Assembly (NCBI GenBank): GCA_943788875.1
Contig: CALSSA010000012.1
Span: 18,855 to 82,854 of the forward strand
Direction of reading: 5' to 3'
Source: an uncultured Pseudomonadales bacterium
Lineage (GTDB): Bacteria > Pseudomonadota > Gammaproteobacteria > Pseudomonadales > Porticoccaceae
Length of the DNA stretch: 64,000 nt
Below the pieces are notes generated by a model, which was not told the origin of the DNA, did not search any database, and was given only the letters and a program-made list of their open reading frames with translations. Position 1 is the first letter of the stretch; the number at the start of each line of letters is the position of its first letter. The translations under genes and the position numbers were made by a program. Of the stretch, positions 1 through 11,213 are shown piece by piece.

Positions 1-74
1 GCGGCAACTAGCGCCAGCAACCAATAGAGATGGCTGGGTCTGTAGTTAATCACTATCGGCTTACGTTCAATCAT
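1..74 (-). CDS. 5' fragment of a probable membrane protein running off the window edge ([24 protein letters not shown]...)
   Basis: ATG at 74-72 overlaps the argC stop (TAATG) and the frame is open to position 1, with a hydrophobic stretch beginning; not in the ORF track because it is truncated. Confidence 0.5.
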   Translation of the reverse strand, partial: MIERKPIVINYRPSHLYWLLALVA

Positions 75-1108
75 TAGGGCACCATTCCCGGAGCACTCAA
101 CCCAGCATTCTCTGGCAGATCAAACATCAGATTCATGCATTGAATAGCCTGGCCCGACGCGCCTTTGGTTAAATTATCTTCGACCACCAACACCACAACC
201 TTGCGGCCATTGCCAGGGCGATGTACTGCAATACGGCAATAATTGGAGCCACGCACAGACCTAGTCTCTGGATGACTGCCCGCAGGCAACACATCAACAA
301 AGGGCTCATCGGCATAAGCCTGCTCAAATAAAGCCTGAACATCCACCGAAGGGTCAGTCAGATTGGCATACAGCGTAGCATGAATGCCGCGGTTAATCGG
401 CAATAGATGAGGCACAAAAGTCAGGTTCACTGACTTGCTGGCCATATCTGTCAAACCCTGCTCAATCTCTGGCTGATGCCTGTGCCCCGATGCGGCATAA
501 GCCTTAAAACTATCACTGACTTCAGGCAGTAAATTGGCAACACTCGCCTGCCTGCCCGCGCCACTGACTCCAGACGCGGAGTTAGCAATTAAATCTGCGG
601 TATCCACACAGCCTGCCTGCAGCATTGGCATAAAGCCCAGTTGCACCGCAGTGGGATAACAGCCGGGACAGGCCACCAGATCTGCACCCGCTATGGCACT
701 GCGATTATATTCTGGCAAGCCATACACCGCATTTTCCACAAGCTCAGGAGCAGCATGGGCCTGACCATACCATTGCTCCCAAACGGCAATATCTCTAATC
801 CTAAAATCGGCAGAAAGATCAATAACTTTGGTGCCTGTTGCCATAATGGCAGGCACTGTACTCTGAGCGACACCGTGGGGAGTAGCAAAAAACACCAGAT
901 CACAGCTGGCCAGCATATCAATATCAGGTGCCACAAAATCCAGATCAACAATGCCTCTGAGATTCGGATACAGCTTAGCAACCGCCACGCCTTTTTCTCC
1001 GCGTGAGGTTATAGCCACCACATCAGCATTGGGGTGCGCGGCCAGCAGACGCAGTAACTCTGCTCCTGTGTAGCCTGTTCCTCCGACAATACCAACTTTA
1101 ACCACCAT
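74..1108 (-). CDS. argC: N-acetyl-gamma-glutamyl-phosphate reductase
   Basis: [12 protein letters not shown] dinucleotide fold, catalytic [20 protein letters not shown]; start moved to MVVKVG (1108). Confidence 0.97.
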   Translation of the reverse strand: MVVKVGIVGGTGYTGAELLRLLAAHPNADVVAITSRGEKGVAVAKLYPNLRGIVDLDFVAPDIDMLASCDLVFFATPHGVAQSTVPAIMATGTKVIDLSADFRIRDIAVWEQWYGQAHAAPELVENAVYGLPEYNRSAIAGADLVACPGCYPTAVQLGFMPMLQAGCVDTADLIANSASGVSGAGRQASVANLLPEVSDSFKAYAASGHRHQPEIEQGLTDMASKSVNLTFVPHLLPINRGIHATLYANLTDPSVDVQALFEQAYADEPFVDVLPAGSHPETRSVRGSNYCRIAVHRPGNGRKVVVLVVEDNLTKGASGQAIQCMNLMFDLPENAGLSAPGMVP

Positions 1109-1225
1109 AGCCTCGCTTTTGAATATCCAGAATCGTTTTGGCCGCCTATAATACCCGAAAATCTTGCATCCAGACATTCCAATACTGTCCGGATGCTCTC
1201 TTCAAGCAGTTGAATGGGGTCAATA

Positions 1226-1651
1226 ATGTATAAATGGGTGCTAGCTTTTCATATTATTGCGGTTATCTGCTGGTTTGCTGCGCTGTTTTATCTGCCACGG
1301 CTGTTTGTCTACCACGCCATGTCGGATGACAGCCCCAGTATTGAACGCTTTAAAATCATGGAGCGCAAACTGTATCGCGGCATTGCCAACCCCTCAATGA
1401 TTGTCACGGTAGTGCTGGGTGTTTGGCTAGTGGCCATGGCACCCGACGCTTATCTGAACCAGACCTGGTTTCAACTGAAAGCCTTTTTCGTGGTGCTTTT
1501 AATCGGCTATCACCATATGTGCCTCGGGCATATGAAACAGCTGGCGGAGGATCGCAGCGAAAAATCCCATATCTACTTTCGCGTATTTAATGAGGTGCCG
1601 GTACTTTTTCTGGTGGCCATTGTCATTCTGGTGGTAGTCCAGCCTTTTTAG
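1226..1651 (+). CDS. hemJ: Protoporphyrinogen IX oxidase (HemJ/CopD family)
   Basis: AFHIIAVICWFAALFYLPRLFVYH and FRVFNEVP motifs; multiple TM segments; start 1214 or 1226. Confidence 0.93.
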   Translation: MYKWVLAFHIIAVICWFAALFYLPRLFVYHAMSDDSPSIERFKIMERKLYRGIANPSMIVTVVLGVWLVAMAPDAYLNQTWFQLKAFFVVLLIGYHHMCLGHMKQLAEDRSEKSHIYFRVFNEVPVLFLVAIVILVVVQPF

Positions 1652-1670
1652 CCCTGTTAGTCTAGTCGAG

Positions 1671-2276
1671 CTAAAACCCGCTGCCCGGAGTATCTAGATA
1701 TTCCTGCTCCTGCTCAGTAGTAGTGCGCCCAAGGATTTTATTGCGGTGGGGAAAACGGCCAAACTTTTGAATCACATCGCGATGGCGCTCGGCAAAACGG
1801 TAAAACCCCTCGTAAGTGCCATCACTGGGGGCCTCCTGATAATTAATATTATCGTCCAGCAAGTCAGAGAACTTACGGCATGACAGGTCTTGCATCTGCA
1901 CATCCTCGGCATGCTCCAGAGGCAGGTAAAAGAATACCCGCTCGACCGGCTCCAACTGTAAGTCCTGGTGGTTATCAATGCCTTCCAAGCACCAAGATAA
2001 TGCAAGACTGTCCTGAGCAAATGCCTGAGGCGTATCGCGATAGATATTTCTGGAGAACTGGTCGAGAACGATAATAGCGGCCAACCTACCGCTTGCTGTT
2101 TGCAGCCAGTCGCTGTATTCACCCCGGACCAGCGCCTGCAATCCATCTACAAATTTGTGCCGTATCTGCAAGTCTATTTCAGGCTGTTTAGACCACCAAA
2201 TTTTAGCCTGCTTAGAGGGGGTCTCAGGCCCAACTGTCAGACCAAACCAAAACTGCAAAACCTGTTGAATATCCAT
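1671..2276 (-). CDS. DUF924 family protein
   Basis: VLQFWFG, IIVLDQFSRNIYR, FFYLPLEHAE, FGRFPHRN motifs. Confidence 0.9.
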   Translation of the reverse strand: MDIQQVLQFWFGLTVGPETPSKQAKIWWSKQPEIDLQIRHKFVDGLQALVRGEYSDWLQTASGRLAAIIVLDQFSRNIYRDTPQAFAQDSLALSWCLEGIDNHQDLQLEPVERVFFYLPLEHAEDVQMQDLSCRKFSDLLDDNINYQEAPSDGTYEGFYRFAERHRDVIQKFGRFPHRNKILGRTTTEQEQEYLDTPGSGF

Positions 2277-2382
2277 AATGGCTCCATTCATCCTTTTTAC
2301 TTAATAGCTTAAATAGCTTCCGTCATGTTAATTAAGGATAATACAATTCAGCTCTATTCGTTTACTTGTCAGGAAACTTTTA

Positions 2383-3687
2383 ATGTCCGATACAGCAGCA
2401 ATTACAAATCCCCGCTCGCAACAGCTTTTTGAGGCTGCCAAGCAGCATATCCCCGGCGGTGTTAATTCTCCGGTCCGCGCCTTTCGCGCTGTGGGCGGGA
2501 CCCCTGTATTTTTTGACCGCGCCAGCGGCGCCTATATGTTCGACGCAGATGGCAAGCGCTATACCGACTATGTACTGTCTTGGGGCCCCATGCTGCTGGG
2601 CCATGGCCACGAAGATGTGCTGTCGGCAATTCGCACACAGCTAGAAAAAGCCATGACATTTGGCACTCCCACAGAATTAGAGATTAAACTGGCAGACAAA
2701 ATTTGCTCAATTGTGCCAGGCATGGAAATGATTCGTATGGTCAACTCGGGAACCGAGGCTACCATGAGCGCCATTCGCCTTGCCCGCGGTTACACAGGCC
2801 GAGATAAAATCGTAAAGTTTGAGGGCTGTTATCACGGCCATTCGGATTCTCTGCTGGTCAAGGCAGGTTCCGGCGCACTAACCCTGGGTGTGCCCAGCTC
2901 CCCCGGTGTTCCCGATTGCCTTGCAGATCACACAGTGACCCTTTCCTATAATAATATTGAGCAGGTCAAGCAGGCCTTTGCTGAAATTGGCGATCAGGTT
3001 GCCTGCATTATTGTTGAGCCCGTGGTTGGCAATATGAACTGCGTGCCACCTATTCCCGGGTTTCTCGAAGCTCTGCGCGAGTGCTGCACAGCCAGCGGTG
3101 CGCTGCTTATTATTGACGAAGTTATGACCGGGTTTCGTATTAGCCAACAAGGTGCAATCGGTCATTATGGTATTGATGCCGACCTTATTTGTCTGGGCAA
3201 AGTGATTGGCGGCGGCATGCCAGTTGGCGCATTTGGCGGCAAGCGCGAAATCATGCAACAAATTGCGCCTCTGGGTCCTGTATATCAGGCAGGCACCTTA
3301 TCCGGAAATCCAGTTGCCATGGCGGCGGGCCTGGCAACTCTCGAACTAATATCAGAGGCAGGCTTTCTGGAGCCAGTGATTGAGCGCACAGACAGGTTGG
3401 TGAAGGGACTCGTCGAGCGAGCCAGGGCTGCCGACATTCCAATGACCAGCAACCATGTCGGGACCATGTGGGGCGTTTTCTTTTCCACCGAGGAAAAAAT
3501 TATCAATTACGATCAGGTGATGCAGTGCGATACCGAGCGCTTTGCCAAGTTTTTTCACGGCATGCTCGAGGAAGGCGTCTATCTGGCACCGGCTTCCTAT
3601 GAGGCGGGCTTTATGTCGGCGGCACATACGGATCAGGATATTGAAGATACCCTCAATGCCGCAGAGAGAGTCTTTGCAAGGATATAA
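2383..3687 (+). CDS. hemL: Glutamate-1-semialdehyde 2,1-aminomutase
   Basis: [30 protein letters not shown] lysine in [16 protein letters not shown]. Confidence 0.98.
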   Translation: MSDTAAITNPRSQQLFEAAKQHIPGGVNSPVRAFRAVGGTPVFFDRASGAYMFDADGKRYTDYVLSWGPMLLGHGHEDVLSAIRTQLEKAMTFGTPTELEIKLADKICSIVPGMEMIRMVNSGTEATMSAIRLARGYTGRDKIVKFEGCYHGHSDSLLVKAGSGALTLGVPSSPGVPDCLADHTVTLSYNNIEQVKQAFAEIGDQVACIIVEPVVGNMNCVPPIPGFLEALRECCTASGALLIIDEVMTGFRISQQGAIGHYGIDADLICLGKVIGGGMPVGAFGGKREIMQQIAPLGPVYQAGTLSGNPVAMAAGLATLELISEAGFLEPVIERTDRLVKGLVERARAADIPMTSNHVGTMWGVFFSTEEKIINYDQVMQCDTERFAKFFHGMLEEGVYLAPASYEAGFMSAAHTDQDIEDTLNAAERVFARI

Positions 3688-3741
3688 AACTGTAACCACT
3701 GTTTTCGTATTATAATCACGGCCATCAAAACCCTGATTTAA

Positions 3742-4788
<1,047 letters not shown>

Positions 4789-4790
4789 TC

Positions 4791-5483
4791 TTGCGCCTGG
4801 ATAAATATATCAGCAATGCCACTGACCTATCGCGGACAGACGCCAAACGCCTGATCAAAAACGCTGTTGTAACCATTGATGATGTTATAGCCAATAACCC
4901 AGCGCAGAAAATTGGTGCTGATGAAATAGTGGCCATTGAAGGTTCCGCCATTAATCGGGCCCAGAGCCGCTACTTTATGATGAATAAACCAGCTGGTGTG
5001 GTGTCTGTCACCAAAGACCATAATAATCCCACCGCAATCGGTCTGATGTACGAACATCGCAGTGACGAGTTGCAGATTGCTGGGCGCCTGGATATAGATA
5101 CTACGGGCCTTTTACTGATTACCGATGATGGCAAGTGGAACCATCGACTTACCTCTCCTCGCTCGGACTGCGCCAAAATTTATGCTGTTGGTCTGGCTGA
5201 GCCTATTGCGGCGGACTATCAAGAAAAACTCGCTACAGGTGTTTTGCTCGATGGCGAAAAACATCGCTGCCTGCCCGCCAGCATGGAGCAGATTGATGAT
5301 CACCATCTAACTCTGAGCATTGCTGAGGGCAAGTATCATCAGGTCAAACGTATGTTTGCCGCGCTGGGAAATCATGTGGTCAGCCTGCACCGCTTTCAGG
5401 TTGGCAATATTTGTTTGGATACAGAACTTGAGCCCGGCGACTACCGCCCCCTGACAGAACTCGAAGTCGCCTCAATTACATGA
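4791..5483 (+). CDS. rsuA: 16S rRNA pseudouridine synthase, RsuA family
   Basis: N-terminal S4 domain (MRLDKYI), catalytic GRLDIDTTGLLL, EGKYHQVKRMF; TTG start. Confidence 0.88.
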   Translation: MRLDKYISNATDLSRTDAKRLIKNAVVTIDDVIANNPAQKIGADEIVAIEGSAINRAQSRYFMMNKPAGVVSVTKDHNNPTAIGLMYEHRSDELQIAGRLDIDTTGLLLITDDGKWNHRLTSPRSDCAKIYAVGLAEPIAADYQEKLATGVLLDGEKHRCLPASMEQIDDHHLTLSIAEGKYHQVKRMFAALGNHVVSLHRFQVGNICLDTELEPGDYRPLTELEVASIT

Positions 5484-6553
5484 GTGATTCTCCAGCCCTG
5501 GATAAAAGCCTCGACTTGCTGTTGCAAAAACTGCCTGATCTTACGGGGAAAGTTCTGCTGGTCGCTGACGAGAACTGGTCGCAGGCCCATTGGTCCGCGA
5601 TCAAAAATAGCACCAAATGCCAACTTATGCTGATCAGCAATCGTTTTGATATTGCTGTGGGAGGTAAGACCGCGGGCATAGACAGCAGATTTAATGATTT
5701 TGATTTTTCCGATCTCGCCCAGCACAGTTTCGATGCAATACTTTTCCGAGTGTCTAAAGAGCGCGCCAACAGCCATTATGTGATCAATCAAGCAGCGCAA
5801 CTATTACAACCCGGTGCTGAACTATGGCTTAGTGGCGAGAAAAAAGATGGCATAAAAACCTATACCAAGCAGGCCTGCAAGCGCTTCAGTGATAGCACTA
5901 ACGCGACAAAGCATGGGATCTGCTACCTCGCCTCAATTAAATTACACCATGCAGAATCCAGCCCGCTCGACGACAAAGACTATACCCAGATACGGCCAAT
6001 TAAAGCCCAGCATTACAGCAAAGCGAAATACCTCAGCAAACCGGGTATTTTTGGCTGGGATAAAATTGATCGCGGCAGTGCCTTTCTAATTGATCACTTG
6101 CCAGAGTTTTTGGCTCGCTACCAGACAGCGCCAAAGTCACTGCTGGACCTCGGCTGCGGCTATGGTTATCTTTCATGCGAAGCGAGCCAATATGGCTTTG
6201 CCCATATCAGCGGTACGGACAACAACGCCGCCGCACTTATAGCCGCTGAAAATAATTTTTCTCAACTACTCAGCATCGACTATCAAGTTATTGCCGCGAA
6301 TGTCGGTGACCAACTCGATCAGCGCTTTGATACCATTCTGTGTAACCCGCCCTTTCATCAAGGTTTTACCTTAGATGATGATCTTGGGGTCAGATTTCTC
6401 CAGGCCAGCAAGCGGCTGTTAGCCACTACAGGAAAGGCACTGTTTGTAGTCAATACATTCATCCCTCTTGAGCATAAAGCCAAACAGCATTTCAGACAGG
6501 TCGACGTTTTGGCTAATAATGGCTCTTTTAAACTAGTGGCGCTGAACCAATGA
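5480..6553 (+). CDS. rsmC: 16S rRNA m2G1207 methyltransferase-like (RsmC family)
   Basis: Two-domain layout; PGIFGWDKIDRGS, LDLGCGYG SAM motif, NPPFHQG; ATGA overlap with rsuA. Confidence 0.8.
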   Translation: MSDSPALDKSLDLLLQKLPDLTGKVLLVADENWSQAHWSAIKNSTKCQLMLISNRFDIAVGGKTAGIDSRFNDFDFSDLAQHSFDAILFRVSKERANSHYVINQAAQLLQPGAELWLSGEKKDGIKTYTKQACKRFSDSTNATKHGICYLASIKLHHAESSPLDDKDYTQIRPIKAQHYSKAKYLSKPGIFGWDKIDRGSAFLIDHLPEFLARYQTAPKSLLDLGCGYGYLSCEASQYGFAHISGTDNNAAALIAAENNFSQLLSIDYQVIAANVGDQLDQRFDTILCNPPFHQGFTLDDDLGVRFLQASKRLLATTGKALFVVNTFIPLEHKAKQHFRQVDVLANNGSFKLVALNQ

Positions 6554-7404
6554 AAACTCCAAAACGATTACAGCCTCTGATTGAGGACGGCTTAGTCGAT
6601 GAGGTGATAGGTCAATTGATGAGTGGCAAAGAGGCTACGGTTTATACAGTGCGCTGTGGCACAGAAGTTCGCTGCGCCAAAGTCTATAAAGAAGCAGCAA
6701 AACGCAGCTTTAAAAAAGCCACCCAGTATCAAGAGGGCCGCAAAGTACGCAATAGTCGCCGCGCTCGGGCCATGGAAAAAAACTCTAAATACGGCCGCAA
6801 GCAGCAGGAGGAAACCTGGCAAAACGCTGAGGTCGATGCGCTGTATCTGCTGGCCAATGCCGGAGTCAGAGTACCCAAACCCTATGGCTGTTTTGATGGT
6901 GTGCTGCTGATGGAACTGGTCACTGACGACAGTGGCGATGTAGCGCCACGACTAGGGGATGTGGCTATGAGTGCCGAGCAGGCACTAGAGGACCATGCAT
7001 TGATGATGGACTATGTGGTGCTGATGCTCTGCGCCGGCATTGTCCACGGTGACCTGTCCGAATTCAATGTCTTGGTCGATGATTATGGGCCAGTGGTTAT
7101 TGATCTTCCCCAGGCAGTAGATGCATCAGCAAACAATCATGCTGAATCTATGCTGTACCGAGATGTGGATAATATGACTCAATATTATGGCCAGTTTGCA
7201 CCGCAGCTATTACATTCCCAATACGGCAAAGAAATCTGGTCACTGTATGAAGATGGCGCCCTGAAACCAGACATTGAGCTGTCTGGTAATTTCGCTGAAC
7301 CAGAACAGGCTTCAGATGTTGATGCTGTTCTGGACGAAATTAAAGCGGTGTTAATGGAAGAGCAAAAGCGGCAAGAGCGTCTTGCAGAGGATAATGAGCA
7401 ATAA
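6550..7404 (+). CDS. RIO1-family atypical protein kinase/ATPase (PA4780-like)
   Basis: MSGKEATVY, AKVYK, LLMELV, VHGDLSEFNVL, IDLPQAV motifs; ATGA overlap with rsmC. Confidence 0.88.
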   Translation: MKTPKRLQPLIEDGLVDEVIGQLMSGKEATVYTVRCGTEVRCAKVYKEAAKRSFKKATQYQEGRKVRNSRRARAMEKNSKYGRKQQEETWQNAEVDALYLLANAGVRVPKPYGCFDGVLLMELVTDDSGDVAPRLGDVAMSAEQALEDHALMMDYVVLMLCAGIVHGDLSEFNVLVDDYGPVVIDLPQAVDASANNHAESMLYRDVDNMTQYYGQFAPQLLHSQYGKEIWSLYEDGALKPDIELSGNFAEPEQASDVDAVLDEIKAVLMEEQKRQERLAEDNEQ

Positions 7405-7423
7405 AATCTATAGCCCTTACAGG

Positions 7424-8629
7424 CTAGACTCCCATAGCCCGTTTAATAATTTCGTTCTTAGCAAAACTGTGCTGGTTCAGCTTTGACATACCTAGATTGC
7501 GCAGCATTCTCAGCGGTAACTGATCAGCAGAAAAAAGTCTTTTAAAACCTTCCATCGCCGCCATTGTGGCCAAATTTTCCGGCTTTCGGCGGCGCTGGTA
7601 ACGGCCCAACGTGGCCATATCACCTATATCCACACCGCGCTCCACAGCCCGGCCAATCTCTTCTACCAACACCTCGACATCTGCAAAACCCAGATTCACA
7701 CCCTGACCAGCCAGTGGATGGATACTATGGGCAGCATCGCCAACCAGAGCCACTCGATGAGCAACATAATCAGTGGCATGACGCTGGCGCAGGGGAATGG
7801 CATAGCGCTCTTCGACATCGACAACCTGCCCCAGGCATTGCTCACTGGCCAGCGACAGTTGGGCACAGAACTGCTCATTATCTAAGGCCATTAATTCCTC
7901 TGCCACCACAGTTTCCTGGGACCAGACAATGGAACAATGGTGCATGTCCTCAGCCTTTATCAATGGCAAAAATGCCAGTGGCCCTGTGGGCATAAATCTC
8001 TGACGTGCCGTCTGCTGATGGGGCCGCTCAGTCGCAATAGTAGTCACTATAGCGCTGTGGCCATAGTCCCACTCCCTGGTAACAAATTGAAAATGCTGGC
8101 GAATATTTGAATTAGAACCATCCGCAGCAATTAACAACTTGGCGATCAGTTGGCGCCCATCATCTAGCTCGACAATCACATTGTCGCTCTCCATCTGATA
8201 ATCAGTGATGCTCACCGGGCAGTAAAAATCTATATTGCCGAGCCTGGCAACCTCTGCCAGCAGACTATCCACCAGTGCCGAATTTTCGACAATATGGCCC
8301 AGATTAGGCTGATGGATATCCTCGCAGTCAAACTCAATACGGCCGGTACCCTCAGCATCCCAGACGTCCATGCGCAAGTAAGGACTCACTCGCTTTCCCA
8401 CAACAGACTGCCAGAGTCCACCGCGCTCAAACATCTGTCGCGACTTCTCGGTAATCGCCGCCACGCGGGGATCAAACTGGCTCTTATCAAAAGGCGCCGT
8501 GACTCGAGCCTCGACCAGAGCTATGGATAACTGGGGATTGGCCTGAGCCAAAAAACAGGCCGCCGCCGCTCCCACCATGCCGGCACCAACGATAATGGCA
8601 TCGTAATGACCCTGAGATCGGTTAACCAT
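7424..8629 (-). CDS. ubiI: FAD-dependent ubiquinone-pathway hydroxylase (UbiI/VisC type)
   Basis: GAGMVG FAD motif, AADGSNS, GDAAHSIHPLAGQGVNLG; directly after ubiH; GGAGG SD before ATG 8629. Confidence 0.8.
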   Translation of the reverse strand: MVNRSQGHYDAIIVGAGMVGAAAACFLAQANPQLSIALVEARVTAPFDKSQFDPRVAAITEKSRQMFERGGLWQSVVGKRVSPYLRMDVWDAEGTGRIEFDCEDIHQPNLGHIVENSALVDSLLAEVARLGNIDFYCPVSITDYQMESDNVIVELDDGRQLIAKLLIAADGSNSNIRQHFQFVTREWDYGHSAIVTTIATERPHQQTARQRFMPTGPLAFLPLIKAEDMHHCSIVWSQETVVAEELMALDNEQFCAQLSLASEQCLGQVVDVEERYAIPLRQRHATDYVAHRVALVGDAAHSIHPLAGQGVNLGFADVEVLVEEIGRAVERGVDIGDMATLGRYQRRRKPENLATMAAMEGFKRLFSADQLPLRMLRNLGMSKLNQHSFAKNEIIKRAMGV

Positions 8630-9854
8630 TGCTCGCCTCCGATGCTGCCAGTCCCATGCCAAAGCGCGCAAAGCGACCGCGCAGAGCGGGAATTAAATCC
8701 ATCGCCAACAATCCCGAATTGCGCCCTGCAGCCACCAGTGAAGATGACAGTCCAAATATCTTCGGTAGGCTGTCGCTAAACAGCACTGTATTACGCTGAT
8801 CGGCAGATTGTTTTTGATAATAATGTTGCAGGGTTGCAAGGTCGCCAATAGCGCCTGGGCTCTCGGCCAACACCTTAGATAAGGTAGCTGCATCTCGCAG
8901 AGACAAGTTAAAGCCCTGCCCTGCCACCGGGTGCAGACTGTGCGCGGCATTGCCCATCACCACTAGATGGCGACGTACCTGCTCAGTGGACCTGGTTAGA
9001 GCCAATGGATAGCTGACCCGCTCGCCCACAGCTTCAAACCGACCCAGACGATAGCCAAACTGCTCCTGCAGGCGGGCCAGAAATGCCTCATTATCTGCCG
9101 CCATTAATGCCTCCGCCTGATCCTGAGGCTGAGTCCAGACCAGCGCGCTGCGTGGTCGGCCCTGAAAGCTGCTCAGTGGCAGCAGAGCCAGAGGACCATG
9201 TTCAGTAAACCGCTCATAGGCAACAGCATTGTGGGGCTGGGCAAGACTGATATTGGCAATAATGCCCGACTGATTATAGGCAGTACTGTCACTGTGAATG
9301 CCCAGCTTCTCTGCGGTACTGGAACCTGCGCCATCGGCAATGACCAAAAGACCGGCATGGACAGTTTGCCCATCAGCAAAAGTTAACTGCATACCAGAAG
9401 CCAAGGTTTCAACCCCTGCAACTGTGGTTGAGCCGCGCAGTTCTATCTGTGTCTGTTGCAACTGTGCCAGTAGAGCGGCACCAAGCCGCTGATTTTCGAC
9501 TACATAGCCAAGAGCATCTACATCAGCTTCCTGCGCATCAATGCGAGTCAGGCCCATATGGCCGCGGTCACTGACATGGATCTGGGCAATATTAGATACA
9601 TGAGGCTCTAGCTGTGACCACAGCCCCATGGACTGATAAATTTCACGGCTGCTCCAAGACAGTGCCGTGGACCGGGCATCAAAGCTGGGACTGTATGCCC
9701 CATCCACAGGATTACCGATTTCCTGAGCCTCGACCAATAATATTTTCCAGTCATGCTGGTCCTCCAGCAACAGGGCTAAACTAATACCCACCATACCGCC
9801 ACCGACGATAATAATATCGTAGCTGCTGTTGGTTTCGAGTTCGGCTCTGATCAT
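8622..9854 (-). CDS. ubiH: 2-octaprenyl-6-methoxyphenol hydroxylase
   Basis: GGGMVG, FDARSTALS, AYERFTEHGPLALLP, GNAAHSLHPVAGQGFNLSLRD; pepP-ubiH synteny. Confidence 0.92.
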   Translation of the reverse strand: MIRAELETNSSYDIIIVGGGMVGISLALLLEDQHDWKILLVEAQEIGNPVDGAYSPSFDARSTALSWSSREIYQSMGLWSQLEPHVSNIAQIHVSDRGHMGLTRIDAQEADVDALGYVVENQRLGAALLAQLQQTQIELRGSTTVAGVETLASGMQLTFADGQTVHAGLLVIADGAGSSTAEKLGIHSDSTAYNQSGIIANISLAQPHNAVAYERFTEHGPLALLPLSSFQGRPRSALVWTQPQDQAEALMAADNEAFLARLQEQFGYRLGRFEAVGERVSYPLALTRSTEQVRRHLVVMGNAAHSLHPVAGQGFNLSLRDAATLSKVLAESPGAIGDLATLQHYYQKQSADQRNTVLFSDSLPKIFGLSSSLVAAGRNSGLLAMDLIPALRGRFARFGMGLAASEASNG

Positions 9855-9877
9855 TATTGTCTCTTGTGTTGGGCGAC

Positions 9878-11188
9878 CTAACTCGCCATTAACTGTTCGA
9901 TCTCGTTCCGGGCACTGGGCACGTCTGAGGTCAGATTCTCGCAGCCGGTTTTAGTCACCAGCATATCGTCCTCGATACGCACGGCAATACCACGCCACTT
10001 TTCATCAACATTGGTATTGTCCGGAGAGATGTAAATACCGGGCTCTACCGTCAATGCCATTCCCGGCTCATAGATACGCCAGTGATTATCAATTTTGTAA
10101 TCGCCCACATCATGAACATCCATACCCAGCCAATGGCCTGCATTGTGCATATAAAAATCGCGGTGAGCACCGCGGGCAATCAAGTCTTCAACGTCGCCCT
10201 GAAGAATTTTTAAATCCACCAAACCCTGGGTAATTACGCGCACTGTCGCATCATTGGCCAAATTATATTCAAGGCCAGGGGCAATTAACTCAGCCGCCGC
10301 CACCTGAGAGGCTAAAACGATATCGTAGATGGCCGCCTGCACAGAGCTAAACTTGCCATTGACCGGGAAGGTGCGGGTGATATCAGCGGCATAGTCCTGA
10401 TATTCACAGCCAGCATCAATCAGCACCAGATCGCCAGACCTCAATTTATCTCGATTCTCAATATAGTGCAGGATACAGCCATTTTTACCGCCACCAACAA
10501 TGCTGGTATAGGCCGGCCCTGTGGCTCCAGACAACATAAACTCATGCTCAATTTCTGCCTGCAACTGATACTCAAACAGCCCTGGACGACTCATCTGCAT
10601 GGCCCGCCGATGAGCTCGAGCCGAAATCTCTCCCGCCTTGCGCATCAGTTTAATCTCAGCTGCACTTTTGATCAGCCGCATCTCATTGACCAGATGATCG
10701 AGATCAACAAACTCCCCCGGCGGCATGGCGTCACTACCGCGTTTATCGCGCACGCCTTTGACCCACTCCATCAAATGCTTATCAAACTCCGTATCCTTGC
10801 CGATCCCGTAGTAAACGCGATCACGACCCTCGAGCATGCCAGGCAGAATATCGTCGATATCATCAATGGGGAAAGCATCGTCGGCGCCAAAATTTTGTAC
10901 TGCACCTGCGGGTCCCTGACGATAACCATCCCAGGTTTCACGCAATGGATCTTTGTCACGACAGAAAAACACTACCTCACCCTGTGGCCGTCCAGGAATA
11001 AGTAACATCACTGACTGGGGTTCTGGAAAACCGGAGAGATAACTTAAATTAGTAGACTGTTTATAGGGATAATGGGTATCTTTGGAGCGAATTTTTTCTG
11101 GTGCAGCAGCAATCACAGCAATGCTGTTGCCCTGCATCATGGCCATCAGATCTCGGCGTCTGGACGCATATTGTTTGTGTGAAATCAT
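9878..11188 (-). CDS. pepP: Xaa-Pro aminopeptidase
   Basis: LIDAGCEY..YAADITRTFP, HNAGHWLGMDVHD, TVEPGIY, RIEDD metal ligands. Confidence 0.96.
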   Translation of the reverse strand: MISHKQYASRRRDLMAMMQGNSIAVIAAAPEKIRSKDTHYPYKQSTNLSYLSGFPEPQSVMLLIPGRPQGEVVFFCRDKDPLRETWDGYRQGPAGAVQNFGADDAFPIDDIDDILPGMLEGRDRVYYGIGKDTEFDKHLMEWVKGVRDKRGSDAMPPGEFVDLDHLVNEMRLIKSAAEIKLMRKAGEISARAHRRAMQMSRPGLFEYQLQAEIEHEFMLSGATGPAYTSIVGGGKNGCILHYIENRDKLRSGDLVLIDAGCEYQDYAADITRTFPVNGKFSSVQAAIYDIVLASQVAAAELIAPGLEYNLANDATVRVITQGLVDLKILQGDVEDLIARGAHRDFYMHNAGHWLGMDVHDVGDYKIDNHWRIYEPGMALTVEPGIYISPDNTNVDEKWRGIAVRIEDDMLVTKTGCENLTSDVPSARNEIEQLMAS

Positions 11189-11213
11189 ATAGCAAGATCC
11201 CTACATTCGGGGA

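Noticed and set aside
1109-1177. N-terminal extension of ArgC in the ORF track (similarly for ilvA, trpG, ygfA, dsbD, coq7, the LysR and the CoA ligase)
   Set aside because: Longest-ORF artefacts; family-typical N-termini and SD positions indicate downstream starts
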